IMG/VR virus record: IMGVR_UViG_3300036770_002165
Location: 1-64,000 of that record
Length of the DNA stretch: 64,000 bases
From: a virus
Direction: 5' to 3' (one strand)
Both the position numbers and the translations under genes were made by a program. Below, one piece after another: positions 28,975-40,482 of this stretch (position 1 is its first letter; each line of letters begins with the position of its first letter). The notes under the pieces are model-generated. The model saw nothing but the letters and a program-made list of their open reading frames with translations. It made no database searches and had not been told where the DNA came from.

Positions 28975-31204
28975 GTGACAGTAATGACACTGGAAGAGAT
29001 CAAAGAGTTCATCTCTCTTCTGGAGAGTGAGACTCCGACCGATCACTTCGGCTGGTTGCGTCTTCGAAAAGACGTCCTGACCTGCCGTGTGTGGTTGGAT
29101 CAGGTGCCACCGCCGACACCTGTGTGTTGGGCAGAGGTCGACCTCGAACGCATCCTCGCCAAGGCGAATGCGGCAATCACGGGGAAGGCAGCCTCTCGGT
29201 GGAGCGGGCTGTGCCTCGGCCACCACTAACCACTAGGGAGAAACCAAATGGGTGACAAACTCAGAGACGAAACGCTGGACGATGTGCCCTTGTGGCGCAT
29301 CCAGTGTGTCAAGGGCAAGGCTGGCGATGGTGGCGTCGTAGTGAACACGATCTACGCCACGAAGAAGTGGGAGCGTGTACAGCATGTACTGGACGATCAC
29401 TTCGACAACCCTGACCCACGGAAAGAGTCGTATTACCTTCGAGTCACACGACTCGTGGCGATCGACCAAGAAGAGTTCCCGCTGGGAACCTAATCATTAG
29501 GGAGGAAATCATGGCAGACAAGGTACTTGTCAGCACGACAGTGCTTCGCATGGTCGACAGTGCTCTGGCGAAGTACGAGAACCACTTCGCCAACTGTTTG
29601 GACACCATCTCAGAGGTGAAGTTCAAACTCCTGTCAGATCCGGGGGCAACCCTGGTGATGAAGGCAGCCAACATCAGAGAGGGCGACCTGATCCACGAAC
29701 GAGAGTCGGTCATGTCGGTCAGGGCGCTCGTTCAGGATGCGCTCAACCAAGAGGCTGAGTGGGAGCCGTACTACACACGGTGAGACTTTGGGAGTTGCCC
29801 GACCCCAGCGCAAGCGAAGGGCGCACTGCTCACCCCCAGCAGTAGCGACCATCGGGCAAGATCTGGGACGGCGGTGCGCCGCAACCGTGCCGCCGTCCAG
29901 ATGCGCCTAATACTAGGCGTACCCAACAAACAGAAAGGAGGCCACCGTGGCCTTTACTGTTCGAAAGCCCGTCAAGGGCTCGGGAAAGTACCCTGTGTGG
30001 GCTCAAGGTATCACGCAGGACATGGATCTCCTCCAGCGGGAGATCCTGTACACGCTCAAGTTGTTGGAGCGTGGGCGTAAGGCGGTGGTTCGCCAGTGAA
30101 CCGCCGCAGACAGAAGCGCCTAATCACTAGCCTGGCGCACCGGCTCCGTCGCCTGATGGAGCAAGAGGAAGCATACGGCGACGAACTCTCCGTCGTGGAG
30201 ATGTCGTCGTTCTACTCAACCATTCAGGCGGTGGCGTTTGCCATTGCCCGTGGTGACGAACGCAAGGCCGAGCAGTTCATCATGGCGGTCGAAATGGAGG
30301 CCCGAGTATGGGAATGATCGTCGGACTCATCGGGCTGCTGTTCTTCAGTTTCCTGCTCACCGGCCTAATCGTTAGGCTGCCCCAGATGTTCAGGGACTTC
30401 CAGGAAGTCCGTGACCGCTGGGACGATGACTCCTTCTGGGACGACGACTACCGCAAGGAGTTGTAATGCAGGAAGACTTCATCAAGACCTTCGGGCCTTG
30501 TGTTGTCATTCTCCATGGTCCGTCAATGGAAAAGCATTACGGGCCATTTGAGTCTGGCAAACAAGCGATCGAATGGATGAACCATCAAATCATCGTCGGT
30601 AATGTTCGCAACTTCTCTGTTGATCGGTTGCGTACACCGTACGTTGAGAGAGCCTACGATGACTGGTGGGCAGGCGACTGGCACCAGATCAACATCGTGG
30701 ATCAGGAGTACCCCAAGGACTCCTGGGTCAAGACCAAGCGCCGAGTCTGGCGACGCTGGCGGCGTCAGGCAGACAAGGTGTTGGAACAACTCGTCTAATC
30801 ATTAGACAGAAGGGAGCACCGTGAACATCAAGGTGTCACGCACAGGGCTAATCGACGCCCTCAAGAAGTCGATCAAGACTCGTGAGGCTGCTATTGCCGA
30901 ACAAGAGAAGGCTCACAAGGAGTTCGAGAAGGCTCAGAAGGAGTACGAGGATAAGGTCCTCGCTTACGTCACCTCTGGCAAGGCGACCAACCCCAAGTTG
31001 TTCGTCCGATACGACGGTGAAGCCACTGTGACTGTCGAACTTCCTGCGGCCCTCAAGAAGGGCCCCAAGCAGAAGGATGTGCGCAGGTACTACAGCGTCC
31101 ACGAGATCCAGGAGATCAAGTCGGCTATCGCCCTGCTCGAACTGTCCGATGAGGACACCATCTCTGCGTCTGCGTACAAGAACGTGGCGCAGTACCTCGC
31201 CTAA
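28975..31204 (+). CDS. Run of small early hypothetical genes (28975-29229, 29248-29493, 29511-29783, 29947-30099, 30096-30317, 30308-30466, 30466-30798, 30821-31204)
   Basis: RBS or translational coupling for each; 29947 and 30308 ORFs read manually, the latter has an N-terminal TM helix. Confidence 0.65.
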
Positions 31205-31271
31205 TCATTAGGCAACCACAGGGGGTGCGCATCTCACACGCACACAACAGCAACAAACGAAAGGGGTCTCA

Positions 31272-31982
31272 GTGACCATTACAGAAACTTTGCCGCAGTG
31301 CTGGCAAGACGTGGCAGACGCAGTGGCTGCTGGTATCAAGAACATCATCCTGTACGGGCCTCCTGGTACAGGCAAGACGTTCACCGGCATCCACTTCGAG
31401 ACCAACCAGCCAGCACAGCGTGTCGTCTGTAACGAGGACATGACTGCGGCTGACGTGACCGGGTGCTATTTCCCCGGCCCCGACAACCAGTTCGTCTGGA
31501 ACGACGGTGCCGTGCTCAAGGCATGGAAGACGGGTGCTCGTGTCGTGGCTGACGAGATCGACCGTGCGTCTGGTGACGTGCTGTCTCTCTTGCTTGCCAT
31601 GTTCGACTCGCCCGAGTCAGCATCGTGGACCCACCCGTCCACTGGTGAGATCTTCCGTCCGCACGCTGAGTTCAGCGTGTTCATGACCACCAACGTGGAG
31701 GACATGGACGAGTTGCCCACGGCACTCAAGGATCGCTTCCCTGTTGCGATCCGCATCAACCAGCCGCATCCGACTGCTCTGCTGTCGTTGTCGCCTGACC
31801 TCCGTCAGGCTGCCAGCCTCAGTGCTGACCGTCGTGGTGAGCAGCGCATCTCCATGCGTACCTGGAAGGCCTTCGACCAGATGCGCAAGTCCCTCGATGA
31901 CGAGCGTGCTGCCGCTCTCATCTTCCGTGACATGGCTGTCGACGTGCTCGACGCCATTCGCATCAACGCAGTCACCGCCTAA
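31272..31982 (+). CDS. MoxR/CbbQ-like AAA+ ATPase (pair 1)
   Basis: GPPGTGKT, VVADEIDRA, FMTTN, LPTALKDRF. Confidence 0.9.
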   Translation: MTITETLPQCWQDVADAVAAGIKNIILYGPPGTGKTFTGIHFETNQPAQRVVCNEDMTAADVTGCYFPGPDNQFVWNDGAVLKAWKTGARVVADEIDRASGDVLSLLLAMFDSPESASWTHPSTGEIFRPHAEFSVFMTTNVEDMDELPTALKDRFPVAIRINQPHPTALLSLSPDLRQAASLSADRRGEQRISMRTWKAFDQMRKSLDDERAAALIFRDMAVDVLDAIRINAVTA

Positions 31983-32010
31983 TCATTAGGCCAAACAGAA
32001 AGGGGTCATC

Positions 32011-33387
32011 ATGACCAACGGCTCGGCTTATCCCGAGTTCCAGGAGCGTGATGACGTAGAGGTCGGTACGTGGGATGTTCGCCCGTCGATCACCCCACGT
32101 ACCGACTTGGTTAACCGCATCATGGCAGTGCCTCTTGGTACTGACCCCAACTCACGTGCGATCCGTAACCGTGAGACGATGCGTGCCAAAGTAAGTCCTC
32201 AGGAACTTTACATTCCTATTGACTTGCCTCCGTCATTTCCTCTCATGGATGCTTGCGAGACTGTGCGTCTCAACGCACTGCTCAAGCACCAGGGCGTAAC
32301 ACACGATGCTGACAGCATCGACGCACGTGGTCTGTCTGCCATGGTCGATCGTGCCCTTGCTAGTCGTGACGTCAACACTCTTGTTGACCTAACGATTAGG
32401 CACTACGGCACCAAGGCTGGTAAGTCAGTGTCTCGTGCGATCAAGGATGCGTCTGACAAGCATGGGCTGCCCCAGGCCAACGAGTACTTCAAGGGTCTGC
32501 GTAGGGTTCTACGTGACAACTGTGGTAACTGGTCATACAGCTACTACCGGCGTTACTTGTCCGACAATGACCCGTCATCTTTGGCATCGCACGGGCACGA
32601 TGATGTGGTAACGATACCTCACGGTTATCGCTACACCACTGGGCTTGCTGCTGCTGTCAATCGTTTCCTCGAACGTGGTGCCGATCCGACTGCCGAGGTC
32701 AAGCCCAACGAGGTTCCTGGTGATCTCCCCGAGGCTGGTGACATGCCCACCGACTTCGCACCACTCAGGCTTCAGCATCTGCCCAAGCCTGAGCGTGTCG
32801 CTGGTCGTATGGGTCGCAAGCGTTCGGCTACCAACATCGGTGTCAATCCACGCCGTATCCACCGCTACCTGGTTGATCCTGAGAAGCGCATCTTCGACCG
32901 CCGCATCCGTGGCATTGGTGGTGTCGTTCTCATCGACCAGTCTGGCTCGATGCATCTCAGTACCGACGAGATCTGGGACATCATCAACGCCAGCCCTGGT
33001 GCCACCATCATCGGCTACAGCCACAGCGATGGTGCCCCGCACAACTGCTGGGTGCTTGCTGAGAACGGCAAGGTAGTCAGCGAGGTGCGTGACGGCAACG
33101 GTGGTAACGGTGTCGACGGCCCTGCCTTGCTGTACGCTCTCAGCAAGCGCAAGAAGGGTGACCCACTCGTCTGGGTGTGCGACGGCCACGTCACTGGTCG
33201 TTACGACCTACACACTCGTGAGTTGGCCAAGTGGTGTGCTCAGGTAGTCTCCAAGTACAACGTCCACATGTGTGAGGACGTGCCCGAGGCTGTCGAAGCA
33301 CTCAAGCAGGTGCGTGACGGGCGCAAGTTGCCTATGCGTATGGTCGGCGCAGTCAAGTCTGCTGGCCTCAGGCTCGCACACGCCTAA
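32011..33387 (+). CDS. vWA-domain partner of AAA+ (pair 1)
   Basis: MIDAS LIDQSGSM, GGNGVDGPAL, VWVCDG. Confidence 0.8.
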   Translation: MTNGSAYPEFQERDDVEVGTWDVRPSITPRTDLVNRIMAVPLGTDPNSRAIRNRETMRAKVSPQELYIPIDLPPSFPLMDACETVRLNALLKHQGVTHDADSIDARGLSAMVDRALASRDVNTLVDLTIRHYGTKAGKSVSRAIKDASDKHGLPQANEYFKGLRRVLRDNCGNWSYSYYRRYLSDNDPSSLASHGHDDVVTIPHGYRYTTGLAAAVNRFLERGADPTAEVKPNEVPGDLPEAGDMPTDFAPLRLQHLPKPERVAGRMGRKRSATNIGVNPRRIHRYLVDPEKRIFDRRIRGIGGVVLIDQSGSMHLSTDEIWDIINASPGATIIGYSHSDGAPHNCWVLAENGKVVSEVRDGNGGNGVDGPALLYALSKRKKGDPLVWVCDGHVTGRYDLHTRELAKWCAQVVSKYNVHMCEDVPEAVEALKQVRDGRKLPMRMVGAVKSAGLRLAHA

Positions 33388-33452
33388 TGGTTAGGACGGG
33401 CGTACGCCGCAATCGTGCGCCCGTCCAGCCCTAACAACCAAGGAGGGACAGT

Positions 33453-34676
33453 ATGTCCGTCACACAAGGTATGCCCAACGGCGTGCTCGTTTACCTGGAT
33501 AACGAAACAGGTAACTGGGTCATGTCGGTCAACAGATTCGTCAAGAAGAAGATTGACGCAGAGCAGCGTGCTGAACTCCTTCAGCAGGCTAAGGAGTTTC
33601 TCCGTGAAGCACAGAGCCAGGGTTTCCCAGTCGTTGATCCTGACGACGATGACGCAATCTCCGAGCGTATCCCGTCGATTGGCGAAGAAGTCGAAGGACT
33701 TGAGTCACTCAATCGGGTCCTCGAAGGTGGTCTTGAAGAGGCGGCGTCGATCCTCCCTAACCTCTGGGATTGGCTCGTCGGTATCACCGAAACGCCGTGG
33801 CAGCCCGACGAGGACTAATGATTAGGAGGGCTTAGATGCCTCTTAGCCCACAGTTCGCAGACCTTAACAAAGGTCTAGAACAAACACTCACCACACAAAT
33901 CAAAAACAGTGTGGACGAAATGTTGTCGATGACTGCTGGTCACCAGATAGTCTCGGCATCAGAAATGGCCGACAAGTTGCTTGACCTACGCATCCTTGTC
34001 AGCCAACTAGAACACCAAGGAGAACCACATGGTGACGATTGACGATGTGTGGAAGCACATCAGCAACAAGATTGCGAACAAGGTAAACGACCCGTTTGCT
34101 GAGTTGTTCGCAATGGTGATCCCCGTCGATACAGAGGGCAACTTCTGTAAGGAGATCAACTCGGACTGCGAGGAGTACGAGGGCGATAGTTACACGCTCC
34201 TTCGCAAGTTGAGTAAGACCACTGAACTCCTGCCCAGCGGGACGTTTGCGTATGCCTGCCCGGCTAAGATTAGGCAGGTTGATCTGGCTGGGCGAAACGC
34301 CGATGAGATCGACGCCGAGGAGTTGGAGGAGTTGCGAGCCAGCACGACTCCCACTCAGGTGCTGATGATCAACCTCGTCCATGCGGTCGAGGCTAAGGAC
34401 GACGGCCATCCTGGTGACATGGTCATCGAGAGCGGCGTCTACTACATCGATGAGAACCGTTTCGAGGCGTTGCCCACGCTGGTAAACGGTTCCGACGACC
34501 AGGGGCAGGACAGCAAGGGCCCGCTGACCATTGCTCTTGGTGCTCTCGCACTTGCGTGGGCACTCAGTAACGACAGGCTTGGTGACGTGGGTCGAATGCT
34601 CAAGGAGTCATTGGACCTGGCCAAGAAGTCGTTGGAACAGGCAGAAGCAGCTTTCAACAATCTGCCGAAGCCCTAA
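33453..34676 (+). CDS. Three hypothetical acidic proteins (33453-33818, 33836-34042, 34029-34676)
   Basis: ORFs with RBS. Confidence 0.65.
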
Positions 34677-34692
34677 TCATTAGGAGGCAACA

Positions 34693-35103
34693 TTGCATTC
34701 CAACATCTCGATGCTAGTTATATTCCCTAACGGCATCGTTGCAGTTCCTGAGGAGTACATGCCTGAGGACACACCCATGCACGAGGTCATCAACGCACAA
34801 GTCGGAGGCCACTTCGACTCTGTGCGTCCGATGCGTCGTGAACAGAAGTTCATTGGCTATGTCAATGACGAGGGATTGCTTATGGGTCTTGAGCCTAACG
34901 CTCTTGCCAGCGCAGTCTTCGGACGGTTCCTTGCGGGGCCGTGCGTCATCGTTGGTACAGCCAATGAGTTCGGGGAAGAGAACGGTGAGGATTACAACCT
35001 CATGGATAACGATCTCGACCTCATCATGCGCATGGCACAGCCACTTCTTATGTGGCGTGACAGCGTTGACCAGCAGAAACAAATTGAACAACTGAGAGGA
35101 TGA
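34693..35103 (+). CDS. DUF3846-like protein
   Basis: QVGGHFD..GYVNDEGLLMGLEPNALAS..LAGPCVIVG. Confidence 0.65.
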   Translation: MHSNISMLVIFPNGIVAVPEEYMPEDTPMHEVINAQVGGHFDSVRPMRREQKFIGYVNDEGLLMGLEPNALASAVFGRFLAGPCVIVGTANEFGEENGEDYNLMDNDLDLIMRMAQPLLMWRDSVDQQKQIEQLRG

Positions 35104-35104
35104 C

Positions 35105-35578
35105 ATGAACCTTTCCATGGAGATTGCCGAGTGGGTCAACAAAGACCTGCGTGAGTCAATCGACGAGACGCTGCGTTACCGAGCCACCCGCTTGTTCGCA
35201 GTTAACAAGACAGCCAACGGATACGAGCGTCGCCTCGTGGACTCCGACCCTGATCCGTACGATCTGATCAGGCGGCTGCCCAAGCCTGACAAGGTGGATG
35301 CCTACTGCCTCGTCATGACTGGGTGGATGACTCCCATCGCTGATGGTGACGACGACGAGCAGATCAACAGCCCGTACAACGACGAGCGTGTGCGTGTGCG
35401 TCTCTGCGCCGCTGTGTCCGACGCTGGTGTGTCGGTGCGTGTACAGCGTTGGGTCAACGGTTACCCGGAGGGTGACTCGTTCGAAGATGGGGGCGAGGGT
35501 TCTTTCCCCGATGCTCTCCGTCTGTGGTGGGACGCCACGCAAGGGCGTAACAACCTGTTCGAACTGATGGGTGACTGA
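35105..35578 (+). CDS. Hypothetical protein
   Basis: 157 aa ORF with RBS. Confidence 0.65.
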   Translation: MNLSMEIAEWVNKDLRESIDETLRYRATRLFAVNKTANGYERRLVDSDPDPYDLIRRLPKPDKVDAYCLVMTGWMTPIADGDDDEQINSPYNDERVRVRLCAAVSDAGVSVRVQRWVNGYPEGDSFEDGGEGSFPDALRLWWDATQGRNNLFELMGD

Positions 35579-36039
35579 TGTTCCGTAAGACCATTATCGC
35601 CCTCTCTGTTGCTGGTGGGCTAATGGTTAGTGCGTGTGGGGGTGAGACTGTGTACGTCACGGTCTCACCCTCCACTACGGAGCCAGCCTCAACTACAACG
35701 GTGCGTAAGACAACCACGACGTTGGCTACCACGCCACCGTTGGCCACCCGCCCACCATCAAACGTAAGCACGTATGACCCCGATGCTTACGACACTTTCC
35801 TTTGGTCAAGTGTTCGTGACTTCTGGTGGTTGTTCACTGAAGAACAGCTGCTCCAGATGGGCCTGCTTGTCTGCGAGGAGTTCGATCGTGGGTCAACTCT
35901 CGACCAGGTCACCATGGCTTTGGTGGAGGTTCTTAACGACAGCAATACGGCGTACCTAGCCGAGGGTATGGCTGCGGTTACCGCTGGCGCTCTGACCTAC
36001 TTGTGCCCCGAGCACAGTTGGTGGCTTAGCACCATCTAA
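35578..36039 (+). CDS. Lipoprotein, DUF732-like
   Basis: Lipobox VSAC, Thr/Pro linker, G..VC..FDRG and A.TYLCPEH. Confidence 0.7.
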   Translation: MFRKTIIALSVAGGLMVSACGGETVYVTVSPSTTEPASTTTVRKTTTTLATTPPLATRPPSNVSTYDPDAYDTFLWSSVRDFWWLFTEEQLLQMGLLVCEEFDRGSTLDQVTMALVEVLNDSNTAYLAEGMAAVTAGALTYLCPEHSWWLSTI

Positions 36040-36056
36040 TCACTAGGAAGGATCAC

Positions 36057-36830
36057 ATGATCATCCTGTACAACAAACACACTGGTGAGCACTTCAACGC
36101 TGACGACGTGGTGCTTATCAACACCAGAGACATGGACAGCCACGTGCTGTCCGAGTTAGAGGACGGCAACCACGACGTGCTCGCAGACTTCGCTGAGACT
36201 TCTGTGGCCACGCCGTTCTGGGAGGCGTTCGACCCTTTCGCTGAGCGTAAGGACAATCCCAACTATGGGTACGGCCCAACAATCCTGGTATAGGAGGAGA
36301 TAACCATGGGTATGGATGTGTATGGCAAGAAGCCGCGCACTGAGCCCGGCGGATACTTCCGCAACAATGTCTGGTGGTGGCGTCCGCTGTGGCAGTACTG
36401 CGTAGAGCAGCACCCCGACATCATTGACCCCAAGACTGCTGAGGCAGGCCACTTCAATAGCGGCGCTGGCCTCAACGCAGGTAAGTCCAGGGCCTTGGGT
36501 AAGGCGCTGTTGGAGGATATCTCCAATGGGGTCACCGACAAGTGGCGTGAGGAGTACTACGCAGCGATCGCCACGCTCCCGATGAGAGAGTGCACACTCT
36601 GTGGTACAACGGGTATCCGCACCGACGACGTAGGTAAGGATCACGGCATGGACACACGAGAGCTAGACCCTGAGACAGCGACCCTCTTGGGCCGCACACA
36701 TGGATGGTGTAATGGTTGCAATGGTGAAGGACACATGGAGCCATGGGAGGCCGGTTACCCATTCGAAGTAAGCAACGTCCGTGAGTTCGCAGAGTTCCTG
36801 TTGAACTGCGGAGGATTCGAGATTCACTGA
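36057..36830 (+). CDS. Two hypothetical proteins (36057-36293; 36306-36830 with a CxxCxxxG pair)
   Basis: YFRNNVWWWRPLW; CTLCGTTG and CNGCNGEG. Confidence 0.65.
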
Positions 36831-37123
36831 TGATCCCTGAGAACATTGAAGATCTGAGCGAGATCGAGTTGGCTGCTTTGTTGCGACCACTCAATCCGCA
36901 CCAGAAAGACATACTCAAGCGACGCCTCGGCCTAGCTGGGTATGAGAAACAAACCTTGCAAGAGGTTGCAGACAACATCGGCAAGGATGTAGATTACGTC
37001 CGCTTGATGGAAGTCAAGGCAATGGTTGACCTCGGTTGGGTCAACCTCGTCAAGAAAGTTGAGAACCACAATGAAGCCATACTTGAACACCCAAGTAACC
37101 GTTCAGTTCCAGCGACTGAGTGA
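36830..37123 (+). CDS. Stand-alone sigma-70 region 4 HTH protein
   Basis: LNPHQKDILKRRLGL....QTLQEVADNIG....YVRLMEVKAM matches sigma r4 consensus. Confidence 0.75.
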   Translation: MIPENIEDLSEIELAALLRPLNPHQKDILKRRLGLAGYEKQTLQEVADNIGKDVDYVRLMEVKAMVDLGWVNLVKKVENHNEAILEHPSNRSVPATE

Positions 37124-37423
37124 AACACCCATTACTCCTGAGTGTCGCACCATTAACGAAGGTGAGGACAACGAATTCCACATCTTCCAGTTTAATGTTG
37201 AAGAAACTCTTCCTCACAAGGTTCAGTTCTTCTTCAATACCACTCAGGAGTTCATCAACTTCCTCAACGATCTTCGCAGTACATGCGAGAACAAGATCTG
37301 GGATCTGACGGCAATGCCGAGCGAGTACGAGTACGACTACGCTCGTGAGCCGTTCTGACCCCCAGACAACCCGGCGTCGCAATCGTGCCGCCGTCCAATC
37401 CACACACAAGTAGGAGAACCCCT

Positions 37424-38221
37424 ATGCGTACCTCTGTTCAGAGGGTTACGCCAGACATGGCACGGACCATGCTGGCAACAAACACCAAGAACCGCAAGCT
37501 GCGGCGTGCGCGTATCAACCAGTACGCCGAGCAGATGAAGCGTGGCCAGTGGCAGGCTACCGGGGAGGCGATCAAGTTCGCCAAGGACGGTACTCTGCTC
37601 GATGGTCAGCACCGTCTCCATGCGGTTATCGAAGCCAACGTTGAACTCGACATGCTCGTGGTGCAGGACCTCGACTTGTCGACGTTCAAGGTCATCGACT
37701 CGGGCCTTACCCGCACTCCGGGTGATGCCCTCCAGTTGATGGGGATCAGCAACAGCAACCATAAGGCTGCTGCTATCCGCATGTACATCGCTGCTGATGC
37801 TCAGATTCCGATTGACAAGAGCACTGCACTGACCAACCTCATCACCCGCACCGATATCACCAATTTCGTTGCTGTTAACGATGATCTGGTCAACGATGCT
37901 GTTAACGCAGCCCGTACCGTGTACAACAACTGTCGGGGTAACCGCCCCGCTTGGGCTGCTCTGTACATGATGATCACCAAGAAGTACGGACAGGCTGAGG
38001 CCGAGATGTTCTTCCAGTCAGTTGCGGAGGGTACGAATATGTCCCCTGGTGACCCGCGTCTTGCCCTGCGCAACTGGGCGGTTCGCAACACCAGCAACCC
38101 GTACCGTGGCGAGCATCTGTATGCGTACTGCCGTGCCTACAACGCTCACCGAGCGGGTGACAACATGCACTTGCTGCGTCTTCCTATCCCGGCGCATCGC
38201 AAGCCTCCCGTCGTCGACTGA
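37424..38221 (+). CDS. ParB-like N-terminal (DGQHR) domain protein
   Basis: VTPDMARTML..N..NR, MKRGQW..TGEAI, LLDGQHRLHAVI; start 37424 after AGGAG. Confidence 0.7.
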   Translation: MRTSVQRVTPDMARTMLATNTKNRKLRRARINQYAEQMKRGQWQATGEAIKFAKDGTLLDGQHRLHAVIEANVELDMLVVQDLDLSTFKVIDSGLTRTPGDALQLMGISNSNHKAAAIRMYIAADAQIPIDKSTALTNLITRTDITNFVAVNDDLVNDAVNAARTVYNNCRGNRPAWAALYMMITKKYGQAEAEMFFQSVAEGTNMSPGDPRLALRNWAVRNTSNPYRGEHLYAYCRAYNAHRAGDNMHLLRLPIPAHRKPPVVD

Positions 38222-39033
38222 TGGACGGGTTCCGTATCACCGAGTCGACAGCTGACTTCTACTGGCAGATCATCCATGATCATCCGGAGGAGTTCAAACT
38301 GGGGCTCGTTGAATCACAGTTGTCGACCGGGGTCACCTACAATGGTGACCCCGAGTCGGCACAATCAATCGCATATGACTTTGGCCGTACTTTCGGTGAA
38401 GCGATGCACGCCCTGTGGGAGAACCTAGATATGGATCACCCACTGTGGAACGACGACGCTTACTGCGATCATGGCCCGAGTGTCTACGAGAGCTATTGCC
38501 CCAAATGCACAGGACAAGAGGATGCCTGAATTTCACGTTTCATCTAAGCGAATTGTCTACACAAAATTCGCTGCACTAGCACTGACAATCTTGCTCGCCG
38601 GGCGTATCATGCTCAGCGACCCCAACGTGGTGTACCGGTACATCGGTACTCTTGCGTTCATCGGATTCAACATCCGAGCCATGATGTTGGCCGTGTACAT
38701 CCAGTACCGTGGTAAGCACGGTTGGGGTAGTACGGTTGATATCCCAGATAATCATTAGGAGAACCACCAATGAGAGCTAACCCGTACGTACTTACCTTTG
38801 ACGACGGTGCAGACGGTGGCCCAGAGCATTTGTTGTGGGTACTCACCGGTTTCTACTGCAAGTTCATGAAGCAAGGCGAGTTGGTATTCGAAGGGGTTAT
38901 CAAGGAGGTGGAGAGCTCCTTGGGGGAGGTACTAGTAGAGATACCCATTGACGAGAGGCCTGACCTAAGCGGCCCAGATCGTCGCCGCCTACTTGACATC
39001 TACGAAGACTTTGACGAAGTGATCTACCAATGA
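38221..39033 (+). CDS. Three small hypothetical proteins (38221-38529, 38522-38758 membrane, 38770-39033)
   Basis: Coupled ORFs. Confidence 0.55.
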
Positions 39034-39042
39034 GGACCACAA

Positions 39043-40482
39043 ATGCTTACGTTGCCAACTCTGGCTGTACCACTTCTAGCGCACCAGCAGGAGGCGGTGC
39101 AGTTCGTACTTGACCATCAGCAGGCTTACCTAGCATTAGATATGGGGTTAGGTAAGACAGCCTGTGCCATAGGAGTTGTGGAGTCTGCTCGTGTTATCGG
39201 GCAGACTCCTGCTCTTCTGGTAGTGCCCCCGTCGTTGCGTACGACGTGGATCAAGGAGTTGCAGAAGTTCGCTCCGCATCTCAAAGTGTTTGTAATCAAG
39301 GGTATGGAGACATACCCATTACCACCTGCTGATGTGTACATCATCGGTGACTCCGTGATCCGTAGTTGGGTAGACAAGGACGACCCCCACTCGCTACGGC
39401 ACCAGATCAAAGTGCTAGTCGTTGACGAGGCCCACCGTGTTAAGAACATGGGCTCTAGTCGTACTCGTGCTGTCATCGAGCTAGCCAAGACGATCCCTGG
39501 TTTCAAGATCCTCATGTCCGGTACCCCTACTCCTAACGGTAGGAACATGGAGATGGGTTCGCAGATCGAGATCCTCGGGGCGTCTGCCTGGGCCGCTGTC
39601 GGTGGTAAGGGTAAGTTCTGGAACTACTACTGCCCCGTGGAGCGTGACGACAAGGGTCGCCTTAACCGTTACGGTAAGCGTGCCAACATCGATTCACTTG
39701 GTCTGCACGAGGCAATGACAGGCTCGTTTATGATGCGCCGACGACGTGAGGAAGTGCTAAACCTGCCACACAAGGGTAGATCAGCAATTCATATCGAAGG
39801 ACGTGGTAAGGCTGTAAGTGATTACATCCTTGCCGAAGAAGATCTTGTTGCGTATCTAGCTGGCGAGGGGTTGCCATTCCGTGCCGCTATGCGCAACGAG
39901 GCACTCGTCAAGCTAACCACCATGCGGCGGTTGGCTGGCGAGTGCAAAGTTCGTGGTGTTATCGACCACGTGAAAGAGCTGCTCGTTGAGACGGCGCACG
40001 ACGATGTACCCATGGGTATCTTTATCGTTGCTGAGCACCACTCGGTGATGAGCCCCATCGCTGAGGGCCTTGACAAGTACGGCGTGGTCATGTACAACGG
40101 AACAATGGGGGATAAGGAGAAAGCATCAGCCGTGGAGGACTTCACGTCTGGTGCCGCTCGGGTCATGGTTGGCCAGATCAAGTCGGCGGGTGTCGGCCTG
40201 ACACTCCATGGTGATGGTCGTAACCACCGTGTCATTATCGCCCAACTACCTTGGTCACCTGCAGATATCCAGCAGGCCGAGGACAGGCTGCATCGCATCG
40301 GGCAAACATCCGATGTTGAAGTAGAGATCTGCCTTTCCAGCATCGACAACTCATGGACAGTAGATGAACGTCTGTGGGGATTGCTAGAGGGCAAAGCATT
40401 CTCAGCTAGTGAACTCATCGATGGTAAGGGTGAGTTCTTACTAGAGGAGATACAAGACAGCATCATTGATTCTTACAGATAA
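39043..40482 (+). CDS. SNF2-family (SMARCAL1/HARP-like) helicase/ATPase
   Basis: DMGLGKT, VVDEAH, MSGTP, AGVGLTL, QAEDRLHRIGQ. Confidence 0.9.
   Translation: MLTLPTLAVPLLAHQQEAVQFVLDHQQAYLALDMGLGKTACAIGVVESARVIGQTPALLVVPPSLRTTWIKELQKFAPHLKVFVIKGMETYPLPPADVYIIGDSVIRSWVDKDDPHSLRHQIKVLVVDEAHRVKNMGSSRTRAVIELAKTIPGFKILMSGTPTPNGRNMEMGSQIEILGASAWAAVGGKGKFWNYYCPVERDDKGRLNRYGKRANIDSLGLHEAMTGSFMMRRRREEVLNLPHKGRSAIHIEGRGKAVSDYILAEEDLVAYLAGEGLPFRAAMRNEALVKLTTMRRLAGECKVRGVIDHVKELLVETAHDDVPMGIFIVAEHHSVMSPIAEGLDKYGVVMYNGTMGDKEKASAVEDFTSGAARVMVGQIKSAGVGLTLHGDGRNHRVIIAQLPWSPADIQQAEDRLHRIGQTSDVEVEICLSSIDNSWTVDERLWGLLEGKAFSASELIDGKGEFLLEEIQDSIIDSYR

Noticed and set aside
26633-38759. Palindrome array as a CRISPR array
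   Set aside because: Repeats are only 11-13 bp, and the intervals are irregular (about 50 to over 2000 bp) and contain whole genes
29226-38759. Palindromes as integron attC sites
   Set aside because: Too short, no RYYYAAC/GTTRRRY ends or extrahelical-base stem, copies occur inside genes, and no integrase in the window
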